From the NCBI RefSeq assembly GCF_006345805.1, contig NW_021834772.1:1-26525 (forward strand): 26,525 nucleotides of DNA, read 5' to 3'. Below are positions 1-11,174 of this stretch, one piece after another; position 1 is the stretch's first letter; each line of letters starts with the position of its first letter. Under the pieces are notes generated by a model that did not search any database, was not told the origin of the DNA, and saw only the letters and a program-made list of their open reading frames with translations. The stretch is from Octopus sinensis (lineage: Eukaryota). The translations under genes were made by a program, and so were the position numbers.

Positions 1-227
1 TATATATATATACATACTTGTGTACGTTGTGTACATATGCATGTATGTATGTATATAGATATATACATACTTGTACGTGGTGTACATATGCATGTATATA
101 TGTATATATATATATACATACTTGTACGTGTGTACATATGCATGTATGTATGTATATATATATACATATATATATACATGTGTGTGTATATATGTATATA
201 TATATGTATGTGTGCATGTAATGTATG

Positions 228-259
<32 letters not shown>

Positions 260-320
260 TATTTGTATGGTATGTATGTATCTATGTATATTTGTATGTA
301 TGTATGTAAGTATGTCTATA
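1..320. repeat. Compound (TA)n/(TATG)n microsatellite with three ~52-bp higher-order units (CATACTTGTACGT.GTGTACATATGCATGTAT)
   Basis: Seen directly; units start near 13, 66 and 117. Confidence 0.9.
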
Positions 321-859
321 TGGGTACGTAGTTCATCAAAGAGAGACGAAATATATATATGACTAAACACAAACAACAGAAGTTCCAAAAGAGAAAAAGT
401 TCTGCTCATTAACCCTTTCAACACATATTTAGCCACATACAGCAACAATGAACATGCATAAAATATAGACACAGAGACGAACATGTACTTAGGAACATAC
501 ACACACACCGAAAAGTCACTCATTGCATACACTAAAAACCGAACGACACACATTTAGAAGGTAACATTTCATAATAGAATACATACACATAGAATATCAT
601 CAACATGCACATATATACGCATTAAATATCACATACTTGCACACATGTACTGAATATAGAATCAAATTTATTTATATAGAAATAGAGAAAATAGATACTG
701 CTCCCCAACCATATATACAGATATATGGAAAAACCTACAAAAGCAAATACTGAGTCACAAATTCATACAGAGATATGCAGTATGTAATGTATAATAATAT
801 ATATTATATAATACATATAATGTTATAGGTATATTAGTGATAACAAAACACACAAATAT

Positions 860-1325
860 ATATGTATATATGTAAAATAAATTATATCTATATATATTAT
901 ATATATATATCTATATATATATATATATGTATATATATGTATGTATATTATGTATGTATGTGTGTATTATATATATGTATATATATTATGTAGTAATATA
1001 TGTATGTATGTTGTATATATAGTATGTATGTATATATGTATGTATGTATATATATGTATGTATGTATATATTGTATGTATATTATATGGGTATGTATATT
1101 ATGTATGTATGTATATATATGTATGTATGTATATATATGTATGTATGTATATATGTATGTATCTAAGATGAGTATGTATATATTATGTATATGTATGTAT
1201 GTATGTATATATATATATTATTATATATATGCATGTAATTATATATATAGAATACAGCATAGACATCTATATGTATGTATATGTATGTATGTATTACATA
1301 TGTATGGTGTTGTATGTATGTATAT
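860..1325. repeat. Degenerate (TA)n/(TATG)n microsatellite
   Basis: Seen directly. Confidence 0.9.
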
Positions 1326-1424
1326 GATGATAATGATGTATATGTGCATACACATGACCATACAAATACATCTAAATTCAAATATGCACACAAGTACATT
1401 TATACAAAATAAAAAAAAACAAGC

Positions 1425-1426
<2 letters not shown>

Positions 1427-1463
<37 letters not shown>

Positions 1464-1510
1464 ACAAATTCAATCTCACAAACACAGACACACACATGCA
1501 CACACACACA
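1427..1510. repeat. (CA)n microsatellite
   Basis: Seen directly; pure run about 1427-1459. Confidence 0.85.
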
Positions 1511-2011
1511 TTCACTGACATTGCACATAGACAATGCTGTACATATAAAGTGACAATCCACAGTAACAGTCATACAATAAGAATAAACCAGAGTTAAATG
1601 GTGCGTATCTATATAAAGTAATATTGATGAAATTGTAGGATAGAACATGAGTGTGGAGAATGGCAAGGCTTCTTGTTCAGTCAGCACTGTGTTCACTGGA
1701 ATGTGACAAGGTACTCAATCAGTTCACCAGAATCTGTGACAAACTGAGGTCACGCCCACTCAAATGTCATCCTGTCTTGTAATGGGTTACATTCAGTTTT
1801 ATTGTTTTTATTAATTTTATGCAAGGTATACTCAGTGATAAGGAAGAGATGGTCAAAAAAAAAAATAATAATAATTATAATAATAATAATAATAATAATA
1901 TAGTAACAGTAATAATAAAAGGAGAAAGAAGGGAAAAAATATAGAAATATGTAAAAAAAATGGTTTTCTGCTTACGTGTGTCTATACTTATAACTATACA
2001 TATATGTTAGA

Positions 2012-2421
2012 GGCGCAGGAGTGGCTGTGTGGTAAGTAGCTTGTTTGCCAACCACATGGTACCGGGTTCAGTCCCACTGCGTGGCACCTTGGGCAAGTGT
2101 CTTCTACTATAGCCTCGGGCCGACCAAAGCCTTGTGAGTGGATTTGGTAGACGGAAACTGAAAGAAGCCCGTTGTATATATGTATGTAATGCTGTGTGTG
2201 TTTGTGTGTCTGTTTTTTGTCCCCCTAGCTTGCTTGACAACCGATGCTGGTGTGGTTTATGTCCCCGTTACTTAGCGGTTCGGCAAAAGAGACCGATAGA
2301 ATAAGTACTGGGCTTACAAAAGAATAAGTCCCGGTGTCGAGTTGCTCGATTAAAGGTGGTGCTCCAGCAGGGCCGCAGTCAAATGACTGAAACAAGTAAA
2401 AGAGTAAAAGAGTAAAAGAGT
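2012..2421 (+). mobile_element. SINE family A (tRNA head, CORE-like domain, internal TA/TG microsatellite, (GTAAAAGA)n tail), full length
   Basis: A-box-like TGGCTGTGTGG, B-box-like GGTTCAGTCCC, CORE-like CACCTTGGGCAAGTGTCTT, tandem tail. At least 8 related copies in the window. Confidence 0.9.
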
Positions 2422-2765
2422 ATATATATATATATATATGTGCCTGTGTGTGTATGTATATTACATACATACACACATATTACATTATATCATAAAAATA
2501 CATTTCCTTATCAATATCTTCCTATTAAATAAGTGTGTGTGGGTTTGTATATATATATATGTATATGATATTTATATATAAATGTAATACAATATTATAT
2601 TACCTTATAAAAATACGTCTTATTGACATTTCACTGATAAAGATTTATATACATACACATACACACAAACGCATATACATGAACACACACATACACATAC
2701 GAATGTGTATATGTTTCTGTATATCTATCTATCTATCCATCGCTCTCTCTCTCTTCTCTATCTCT

Positions 2766-2767
<2 letters not shown>

Positions 2768-2812
<45 letters not shown>

Positions 2813-2871
2813 ATGATGTATATATATTATGTGTGTGTATGTATGTATGTATGTAGTATATATGTATATAT
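2768..2871. repeat. (TA)n/(TATG)n microsatellite
   Basis: Seen directly. Confidence 0.9.
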
Positions 2872-2942
2872 AGTTGAAATTTACAGACAAACAGAAGACA
2901 AAGACAGGTGTATTAGTTTGATGCTCAGGAAGGTGAGAAAGT

Positions 2943-2978
2943 CTTTTACGTTTCAAGCCTATGCTCTTCAACAGAAAG
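2943..2978 (-). ncRNA. Minimal type I hammerhead-like motif with variant core (CUGUUGA), probable Penelope-like terminal remnant
   Basis: Minus strand reads CTTT-CTGTTGA-A-GAGC-atag-GCTT-GAAA-CGTA-AAAG. Stem I (CTTT/AAAG), stem II, GAAA and a GUA triplet are in hammerhead order; A6 is replaced by U. Confidence 0.5.
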
Positions 2979-3256
2979 GAATAAGAGAAAACAAACAGAG
3001 AGAGAATTAAAAAATTTTTAAAGATAGCGGTCAATTATGGGAGATCAAGTGGAAAAGTTTAAGCATCGCTGGTACATACTCACAAGGCATGGGAAACAGG
3101 AGACTGAATTAAATGTTACTATTTCAAATGCTGGCTCAGTAACATGCCAGCTCAAGCACTTGAACCTCAGAAGAAAGGTCAGCGAAAAAGGCAAACTTGC
3201 TCTCTTCAGTATGGTTCTTGTGCCTGTCCCCACCTTTGGTCATGAATGATTTTTAA

Positions 3257-3481
3257 CCCTTTTGTTACTGTATTTATTTTGAGATGCTCTGTGCTTCTTT
3301 CAGTTTCTTTAAATATAGGTGCAGGAGCGGCTGTGTGGCAAGTAGCTTGCTTACCAACCAGATGGTTCTAGGTTCATTCCCACTGCATGGCACCTTGGGC
3401 AAGTGTCTTCTACTATAGCCTCAGGCCGACCAAAACCTTGTGAGTGGATTTGGTAGACAGAAACTGAAAATGCCTGTTGTA

Positions 3482-3514
<33 letters not shown>

Positions 3515-3894
3515 GTATATGTGTGTGTGTGTGTGTTTGTGTGTCTTTGTTTGTCACCCAACATCATTTGACAACCGATGCTGGTGTGTTTACGTCCCTG
3601 TAACTTAGAGGTTCAGCAAAAGAGATCGATAGAATAAGTACTAGGCTTGCAAAGTCCTAGGGTCAATTTGCTTGACTAAAGGCGGTGCTCCAGCATGGCT
3701 GCAGTCAAATGACTGAAACAAGTAAAAGTGTATAACAAAAAATTTAGTAAAATAACTTGGTTATCATTCAGCTAGTTTTAGGAACATAAATTGTGACTAA
3801 GTTTCGGTGGAAGATTTTAATTCAAAACTTATGAAAACAAGACATTTGTACTACAGATCCAGAGTCAGTTTCAGCCGCATTGGTAATGAAAGGG
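3257..3894 (+). mobile_element. piggyBac-type MITE (TTAA target) containing a nested SINE A
   Basis: TTAA(3253-3256)CCCT...AGGG TTAA(3895-3898). Removing it restores the RTE frame. A second copy lies at 5219-5439. Confidence 0.85.
3318..3730 (+). mobile_element. SINE family A, full length, nested in the piggyBac-type MITE
   Basis: Colinear with 2012-2421; absent from the MITE copy at 5219-5439. Confidence 0.9.
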
Positions 3895-3974
3895 TTAATG
3901 AGTGAATGTGTTTGATCACAAATACAAGCACCAAAGATGGAATTCCTCCAAAGAATTTCTGGAGTAAAGTGGGT

Positions 3975-4734
3975 TATTCTATATCTTTTATATTCTACTT
4001 GTTTCAGTCATCTGACTGTGGCCAAGCTGGGGCAATTCTTTAACATTTTAATTGAATATATCTACCCCATTACTTATTCTTTTTTCTTAAAACCTAGTAT
4101 TTCCTCTATTGGTACCTTCTTCTGAACCGCTAAGTTACAGGGACATAAACACACCAACACTGGCTATCAAACATGATGGGGGATAAACACAGACATACAC
4201 ATGTGCGTGCACACAAATACACACACACACGCACATACATACTTACACACATGTATATATGGGGCCTCACAATGTTGGGCCTCACAGAGGCAATGACTGA
4301 AACCTTTGGCATTATGTTGTGCTTGAGAAGACACATCAAGCCAAGCAAAATAACAGTTGTGGCAGATACCAGTGCCATGTAAATGGTACCCATGCTGGAG
4401 GCACATAAAAGCACCCATTACACTCTCAGAGTGGTTGGCATTAGGAAGGGCATCCAGCTGTAGGAAACTATGTCAAATCAGACTGGAGTCTGGTGCAGCT
4501 TTCCAGTTTACCAGCCCTGGTCAAACTGTCCAATCCATGCCAGCATTGACAATGGACGTTAAACGATTATGATGATGATGATGATGATGGGCTTCTTTCA
4601 GTTTCCGTCTACCAAATCCACTCAGTAGGTCTTGGTCACTCCAAGGTTATAGTAGATGACGCTTACCCAAGTGACTGAACCTGGAACAATGTGGTTGGGA
4701 AGCAAGTTTCTTACCACACAGTCACATCTATGCC
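3975..4734 (-). mobile_element. SINE family A (diverged), interrupted at 4261-4588
   Basis: Reverse complement of the 3' half at 3975-4260 and of the 5' half at 4589-4734. Confidence 0.8.
4261..4588 (+). mobile_element. 5'-truncated RTE-type LINE 3' end with (GAT)n tail
   Basis: Encodes an LGLTEAMT..LWHYVVLEKT-like C-terminus, then GGTTGGCATTAGGAAGGGCATCCAGC and a GGACGTTAAACGAT(GAT)n tail shared with 24002-24685. Confidence 0.8.
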
Positions 4735-5218
4735 CAGCTAACAAGGTTCTTAGCTTGGACGTCAGGAAATCTCTTGTGGTCAAGTCAATGTTTTCTTTAT
4801 AATGAGAGGTCACAGCTCAAGTACTACTGACATGTTATTAGAATGTTGCAGAAAGGAATCATAGATGACTTCTTGAAACTGAGCCAATTAGTAAGTGACC
4901 TAAGGGTAAATCAAGAATGAAACCGTTTGATCATATCCATAGCCCCACCTGGTCATCCATGGGAATCCAGCTGGAAAGTATAATGATAGCGGCTTTTGAG
5001 TGAATTCTATGGAGTAAGTACTTGAGAACTCTAGCTTCCCTACTACACACACAGATACACACACCACACTACACACACAACTTTCCCAGAATTAGTGATA
5101 TTAGTGGAGAAGATGGATGGATGTGTGTGTGTGGGAGTGTGTGTAATTCTTCTGTGCTTTCATATGTTTCACCCATTGGAATGCAGCCATACTGGGGAAT
5201 CAGCTTTGAAGATTTTTA

Positions 5219-5439
5219 CCCTTTTGTTACCAACCTGGCTGAAACCAGCTCTGGCTCTGAGTACAAATATCTTGTTTTCATAAGTTTTAAATTAAAACCT
5301 TCCACCAAACGTTAGTCACAATTTATGTTCCTAACACTAACTGAATGATAACTAAGTTATTTTACTAAATTCTTTTTTATATTTAAAGTAATTGAAAGAA
5401 ACACAGAGCATCTCAAAATAAATACAGTAACGAAAAGGG
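5219..5439 (-). mobile_element. piggyBac-type MITE, uninterrupted copy
   Basis: TTTA CCCTTTTGTTAC...GTAACGAAAAGGG TTAA; reverse complement of 3257-3317 plus 3731-3894. Confidence 0.85.
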
Positions 5440-5696
5440 TTAATCAACTATAATTTCCCCTTTACTCAGTTTCATTTGGGACTTATTTTATCAATGGCTG
5501 ATTGTAGAACCACTATGCTACTTATGTAAAAAGATACAATGTAAACAACTCCTGGTTTCAGACTGTTGTAAATATATAAACTGAGTGAGATACATGCAGT
5601 TATCGTTTACAAAAAATTAACTCATGAGTGATTAGTATTTGTATATATTTATGTCATGCAGGTATCTCTAAATCACTGAGATACATAGTTTTACAT

Positions 5697-5851
5697 AAGT
5701 CGTAGGATCACGGTTTCGATTCCCAGACTGGGCGTTAAGGGTACACGTGTCTGTGGAGTGCTCAGCCACTTACACGTTAATTTCACGAGCAGGCTGTTCC
5801 GTTGATCGGATCAACCGGAACCCTCGTCGTCGTAACCGACGGAGTGCTTCC
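5697..5851 (+). mobile_element. Internally deleted tRNA-SINE (family C)
   Basis: B-box-like GGTTTCGATTCCC joined directly to the 3' body GTGTCTGTGGAGTGCTCAGCCAC...CCCTCGTCGTCGTAACCGACGGAGTGC, homologous to 19541-19868. Confidence 0.75.
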
Positions 5852-5913
5852 ATCCACATAAGAGATTGAAAGGCCTTGAAATTTAATATGCCAATTTTAA
5901 CAAAACTCTAGGC

Positions 5914-5970
5914 CAGTGTTTCCCAACCTTTTTACCCTTAAATAAATGACATCTCTCAAGGAACCCCTGA
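5914..5970 (+). mobile_element. Single terminus of a hAT/Charlie-type DNA transposon
   Basis: CAGTGTTTCCCAACC preceded by CTCTAGGC, a Charlie-type target. No matching right TIR found. Confidence 0.45.
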
Positions 5971-6757
5971 ATAAAAAAAAATTATATACCATATCTTTCT
6001 CATATTTTTTACGGAATAATCTTAATGCATTTTTCGAAACATAAGTAGGAAATATAAATGATTTGAATAACACCAGCATTTGACTCCATTTTTTAATTTA
6101 TCCATGTTTTACAAAAAAACATTTCTCTTAATCCTGGAATTTCTACCTTTATAAATAGGCTGTAATGTCCTTGGCACTTATGTGAATTTTTGCTACCCTG
6201 GTAACTATTTATTTATTTTCCCCTTGTTATTTGTACACATTGGAAATATTCCGATGCGCACTCTACAACCTATCTCTATTCGATCTCCCTCTCTTGTTCT
6301 TCTTCCTTTCTGTTTTTCTCTTCTACCCTTTCTCTAATTCTTCTCTTCTCCCCTTCACTGTTCCCTCTCTTTCCCTCACTCTTCCTCCTTGACTCTCGTT
6401 GCTCACATGTGGCCATCAGTTATCTATTTTTCTTTCTTCCACTTCCTTCCTAAAGACAAGATGTGCTTTTACCTGTCTCTTCTCAAAGCTTGTTTCTCCA
6501 GCTTTCATCACTTCAACTCGTTATGGCTTAACAGCCCTTACCATTTGTTTTTACTGTTTTGTTCTCATTGTCCTGTTTTTGTCACCACTTTAACCCTCTG
6601 CAAAGCCCAAATTTTTCTAATTTACTTTGCGGGAACAACTATTTTAACGAAGTCACATCTTGTCCTTATATTCAAAACACAGATATATATATATCTGTGT
6701 GTGTGTGTTTATATGAATGTACGTACATACATACATACATACATACATATATGCATA

Positions 6758-7651
6758 CGAGGTCTGATTAATAAGTATCTGGACTGTTGCCATAGTAACG
6801 ACGCTAAAGCACACGGAGTGAAGCTGTTTGACACAGATTGACCGTGAACTCTGCTGTGCATGCACTTTGAGTATTATCATTCTAGCTCACTTCTCTTGTT
6901 TACAACAGTGCTTGTAAGGAAGGTATGTAGCGTGTGATCATCGCATTGACCATGACAGAATAAGCTGTCACGGCAATATCTGCTCAGCGGTCTATGCAAC
7001 GTTGCAGAAAGTGTATGGAGAGGAGTGTATGAACAACACACAAGTGTACGAGTGACTCAGACATTTGCAAGAAGACTGAAAAAATGTCAATATTGACGGA
7101 TGTTCTGGAAGACCTGCAACCAGCAGAGCTGTGAAAAATGTCGCAGATGCACATGCAACTGTGAGGGGAAATCTTCGAATCCCCATCCGTGAGCTATCAG
7201 AGGTTGTGCAGATCAGTTTCAGTTCAGTTCAGTCCATTATCACTGAAGCTCTGGGTATGAGACTTATGTGTACTAAGTTTGTGCCAAAACTGATTTCAAA
7301 CAACCATAAAGACACTTGGGTTTCAGTTAAAAAAGATCTTGATTGTGTTGAGAAATATGAAAACTTTATGAAAATTTTGCATAGGCCTCTGAGCAAGTAT
7401 CACCAAGCTTTTGGCAAAATTTGATGCAGATTCTCTCTGCTCACCTTTCTCTGTCATGGTTAATGCAACAATCACATGCTACACACTTTCATTCCAAGTA
7501 CTGCTGTAAATAGTAAAACTGAGCTAGAATGTTAAAACTTAGTGCACATGCACAGCAGAGTTCAAGGTCAATCTGTGCCAAACAGCTTTACTTTGTGTGC
7601 TTTAGGTTCATTACTATAGCAATAGTCCGGATACTTATTCATCAGACCACG
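6758..7651 (+). mobile_element. Internally deleted mariner element with long (~130 bp) TIRs
   Basis: TA-CGAGGTCTGATTAATAAGTATCTGGACT...AGTCCGGATACTTATTCATCAGACCACG-TG, with inverted similarity extending to TTCTAGCTC/GAGCTAGAA. Remnant YATLQKVYGEECM...QVYE*...SGRP...IRELSE...FVPKLI matches the mariner HTH region and WVPHEL-like linker; the catalytic domain is missing. Confidence 0.9.
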
Positions 7652-7660
7652 TGTGTGCGG

Positions 7661-7696
<36 letters not shown>

Positions 7697-7911
7697 AAGT
7701 AAGAAAATGGAGGGGATCAAGAGGTGGTATTCATCAACTTTTAGACATTATATCACGTCTATTTATTTAATTTAAGAAAAAACAATTATAATAATATACA
7801 TACATATATAACAAATTATGCTTTACATATATAAAAATACCAGTAATTATTAAGATGTATAAAAGAGAACATAGAATGTAGAATAGTTTCTTACAGCTGT
7901 GTATTTTCTGC

Positions 7912-8070
7912 AGGCTTCTTTCAATTTGCATCTACCAAATTCACTCATAGATCTTTGGTTGGCCCAAAGCTATAGGAGAAGACATTTGCTCAAGGTGCCA
8001 TGCAGTGGAACTGAACCCAAAGCCATGTAGTTGGGAAGCAAGCTTTTTACCACACAGCCATGCCTGTGCC
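7912..8070 (-). mobile_element. SINE family A, 5' half
   Basis: Reverse complement of the head and CORE-like region. Confidence 0.8.
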
Positions 8071-8123
8071 TATACTTTATAGTTCCAGTCTGGGTAGAAT
8101 CAACAAAAAAGTGCTTCCGCACC

Positions 8124-8435
8124 GGAGTCACAATCATGAGTTAATAAGTTTGATTCCCAGACCAGGTTGTGTGTTGTGTTCTTGAGCAAGACACTTTATT
8201 TCCCGTTGTTCCAGTTCACTTAACTATAAAAATAAGTTGTAATATCGCTGGCACCAAGCTGTATCAGCCTTTACCTTTCCTTTGGATAACATCGATGGCT
8301 TGGAGAGGAGAGGCTGGTATGGATGGGCAACTGCTGGTTTTCCATAAACAACCTTGCCGAGACATATGCCTTGAAGGAGAACTTCCTGGGTGTAATCCTA
8401 TGGACATTCATGACCAAAGGGGGTCTTTACCCTTT
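8124..8435 (+). mobile_element. tRNA/CORE-type SINE with a distinct 3' body
   Basis: B-box-like GTTTGATTCCC and CORE-like GTGTTCTTGAGCAAGACACTTTATTTC shared with 19541-19868; the tail differs. Confidence 0.65.
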
Positions 8436-8741
8436 ATACACTACATCTATTACCACCTTGTCTTTAGATGCCTTTTCTGTTGTTCAGTGAGTTTCAAATA
8501 CTTAGATAATACTCATAATTCAATAATGTAGTCCATTCAAGTTGAATTGACTTGGTAGAAAAAAGCATTGAAATCTTCAATAAATTGTTTAAAGAAATGG
8601 AACCTAAATATAATGTAATCTAAATATACAAAAAGCCTGGATGATCACAGACAGAAAACATTTGATCCTCTATCTGCTTGATCAAGCCTGAAATGGGGTT
8701 AAAAGTATAACAATAACAACATTGAAACAGCTGGCACTTAC

Positions 8742-8929
8742 CTCACTTTCACTTTCATAATTGCTGATTATAGCAAGAGAATATAGTTTCTTGTATCTAA
8801 TTACTTGCGACCCTGAAAGTCATTTGTCCTTGTAACTGTAGCAATAATACAGTTCCAGTAGTGAAGGATTATCAATTACAGATCTGTCAGCTCAGCTGGT
8901 TACCAAGAATTTAATCAGTGACACATTCT
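8742..8929 (-). other. Candidate host exon (mostly 5'UTR, possible start MKVKV..)
   Basis: Minus-strand acceptor TATTTATTGTGTCTCTCAG and donor GAG|GTAAGTG in a non-repetitive island. All frames are closed except ATG AAA GTG AAA GTG AG running into the donor. Confidence 0.25.
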
Positions 8930-9094
8930 CTGAGAGACACAATAAATACTTTTGTAGAGACTAATGATGCTAAGACATTAGCATTTGTGTTTAGTTGTGA
9001 GAATGAAAACTAGGGGGGAAAAAAGTCCCTATTCAATTTCTACGAAACAATGCTTTGCTTCAATGATATAAGTAATCAAACTACAGCACTTTTA

Positions 9095-9655
9095 CAATAC
9101 AAATACACATACATACATAAATACATATACAAATAAATACATACATACACACATATATACATTCATACATGCATGCATGCATACATACATACATACATAC
9201 ATATACAAATAAATACATACATTCACACATATGTACATGCATACATGCATACATACAGACATATACACACACATATATATATGCTCAGATTCATACATAC
9301 ATACACACATACACACATACACACTCATCTATATCTTCATACATATATACATATATACACATACTTACAGACACCTATATGCATACAACCATACACACTA
9401 CACACAGACATGTACATACATACACATGCACATACATACACATACTTACATACATATATATGTATACATACAAACAATATATATGTATATAAACATATAT
9501 ACACAGATACATACACACATACATACATAGATACATTCACACATATACACACACATACAGGGATAGATATACACACATATACACACATATATACACATAC
9601 ATTCACACATACACACATAGGTACTTTCATACATTCATTCATACATACATACATG
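9095..9655. repeat. Degenerate (CATA)n/(CA)n microsatellite
   Basis: Seen directly. Confidence 0.9.
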
Positions 9656-10089
9656 AACTCACAAAAACGCAAAAATAACCATGGAACCACACAGAGAAAA
9701 ACACCAACATAAACACAGAGAAACACATAAATCAGCAGATAATGAAGAGGAAACTGTTTTGTGTTCCATGTTTAATATTGGAGATACTTTTGTCTACTGA
9801 TTCATGTTAGTTTCTTCTTTTCTCCCTAAGTGTTTCTCTGAAAATCGCAGCTATGGCAACTGAAGCTTATAAACTTCAGTTGTCTAATACTCTGAGAAAA
9901 TCATTGAAGATCTGCCATTTAAATTCTATTTGCAGTGCAATGGGAATGGAGAAGTAAAAGCTTTCAGTGAATCTTGGCGAGATTAAATTCAACAGCTTGA
10001 AGTGAATAGAAATGGATTTATGTTGCCGGTGGATTACAGAGTTAGCAGAATTATTGTACAGTACAGTATTTGTAAAACCTGGAAGAGGC

Positions 10090-10139
<50 letters not shown>

Positions 10140-10545
10140 GGCGTATGAGTGGCTGCGTGGTAAGTAGCTTGCTTACAAACCACATGGTTCTGGGTTCAGT
10201 CCCACTGCGTGGCACCTTGGGCAAGTGTCTTCTGCTATATCCTCGGGCTGACCAAAGCCTTGTGAGTGGATTTGGTAGAAGGAATCTGAAAGAAGACCAT
10301 CATATATATGTATATATATATATATGTGTGTGTGTATGTTTGTGTGTCTGTGCTTGTCCCCTCAACATCACTTGATAACCGATGCTGGTGTGGTTATGTC
10401 CCTGTAACTTAGCAGTTCGGCAAAAGAGACCGATAGAATAAGTACTAGGCTTACAAAGAATAAGTTCTAGGGTCGATTTGCTCAACTAAAGGCGGTGCTC
10501 CAGCATGGCCACAGTGAAATGACTGAAACAAGTAAAGAGAGAGTA
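10140..10545 (+). mobile_element. SINE family A, full length, flanked by (TA)n
   Basis: Colinear with 2012-2421. Confidence 0.9.
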
Positions 10546-10570
10546 ATATATATATATATATGTGTGTACA

Positions 10571-11010
10571 GGTGTCGGTATGGCTGTGTGGTAAGATGTT
10601 TGCTTTACAGTCGCATGGTTCTAGGCTCCGTCTCACTCCATGCCACTTTGGGAAAGTGTCTGCTATTATATCCTTAGGCTGGCCAAAGCCTTATGAGTAG
10701 ATTTGGTACACATTAGCTGAAAGAAGCCCATCATATGTGTGTGTGTGTGTGTGTGTGAGTGTGTGTGTGTGTGTGCATGCATGTGTGTGTGTATGAATGT
10801 GTTGTTGTGTCTGCGTTTGTCCAGCCACCACTGATTGATAACTAGAGTTGGTTTGTTTATGACCCCCACCCCCATAACTTAGCAGTTTGGCGAGAAAAGA
10901 GACTGATTGAAAAGGTACCAGGCTTTAATAAAATAAGTACTGGGATCACCTCGTGATCCCAGTATGGCTGCTGGCTAATGACTGAAACAAGGGTAAAAAG
11001 ATGTAAAAGA
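10571..11010 (+). mobile_element. SINE family A, older diverged copy
   Basis: Colinear with 2012-2421 with many substitutions. Confidence 0.8.
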
Positions 11011-11174
11011 CAGGTAGAAAAGAGGTAGCAAAGTCTTTGTCTTTTAAAAGTTGGTTACTTGTAGCTGTTTCTGAGCAGGGGACAGAGAGAATGAGAATGG
11101 GGTGAGCTTAGGATTGCTTTTCATTCACCATTATTTGGGAAGTAAAATAAATACTTGGTGATGGTGTCACATAG

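Larger units (their letters stand above)
3037..4995 (+). mobile_element. Decayed RTE-clade LINE fragment (C-terminal part of the ORF) in three pieces: ~3037-3256, 3899-3972, 4735-4995
   Basis: Translates QVEKFKH...KGKLALFSMVLVPVPTFGHE*FLMSECV*SQIQAPKMEFLQRISGV...ERSQLKYY*HVIRM...PKGKSRMK. This matches the recalled RTE pattern QVEEFKYLG...PTLTYGHE.W.MTER.RS.IQAAEM.FLRR...IERSQLRW.GH..RM. Confidence 0.85.

Noticed and set aside
18-1464. Many Y/I/C/M/V- or H/T-rich ORFs here, at 9081-9726 and at 24686-25513
   Set aside because: These are translations of TA/TG/CA microsatellites that happen to lack stop codons.
6389-6841. 150-aa ORF in a pyrimidine-rich tract
   Set aside because: Low complexity; runs through a microsatellite into the mariner TIR.
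7870-7900. Minus-strand ACAGCTGTAAG resembling a hammerhead palindromic stem III and cleavage site
   Set aside because: No GAAA, stem II or CUGANGA upstream (a SINE begins there); too short to support.
9855-9884. Hairpin GGCAACTGAAG...CTTCAGTTGTC
   Set aside because: A short isolated stem, too small for a pre-miRNA and plausible by chance.
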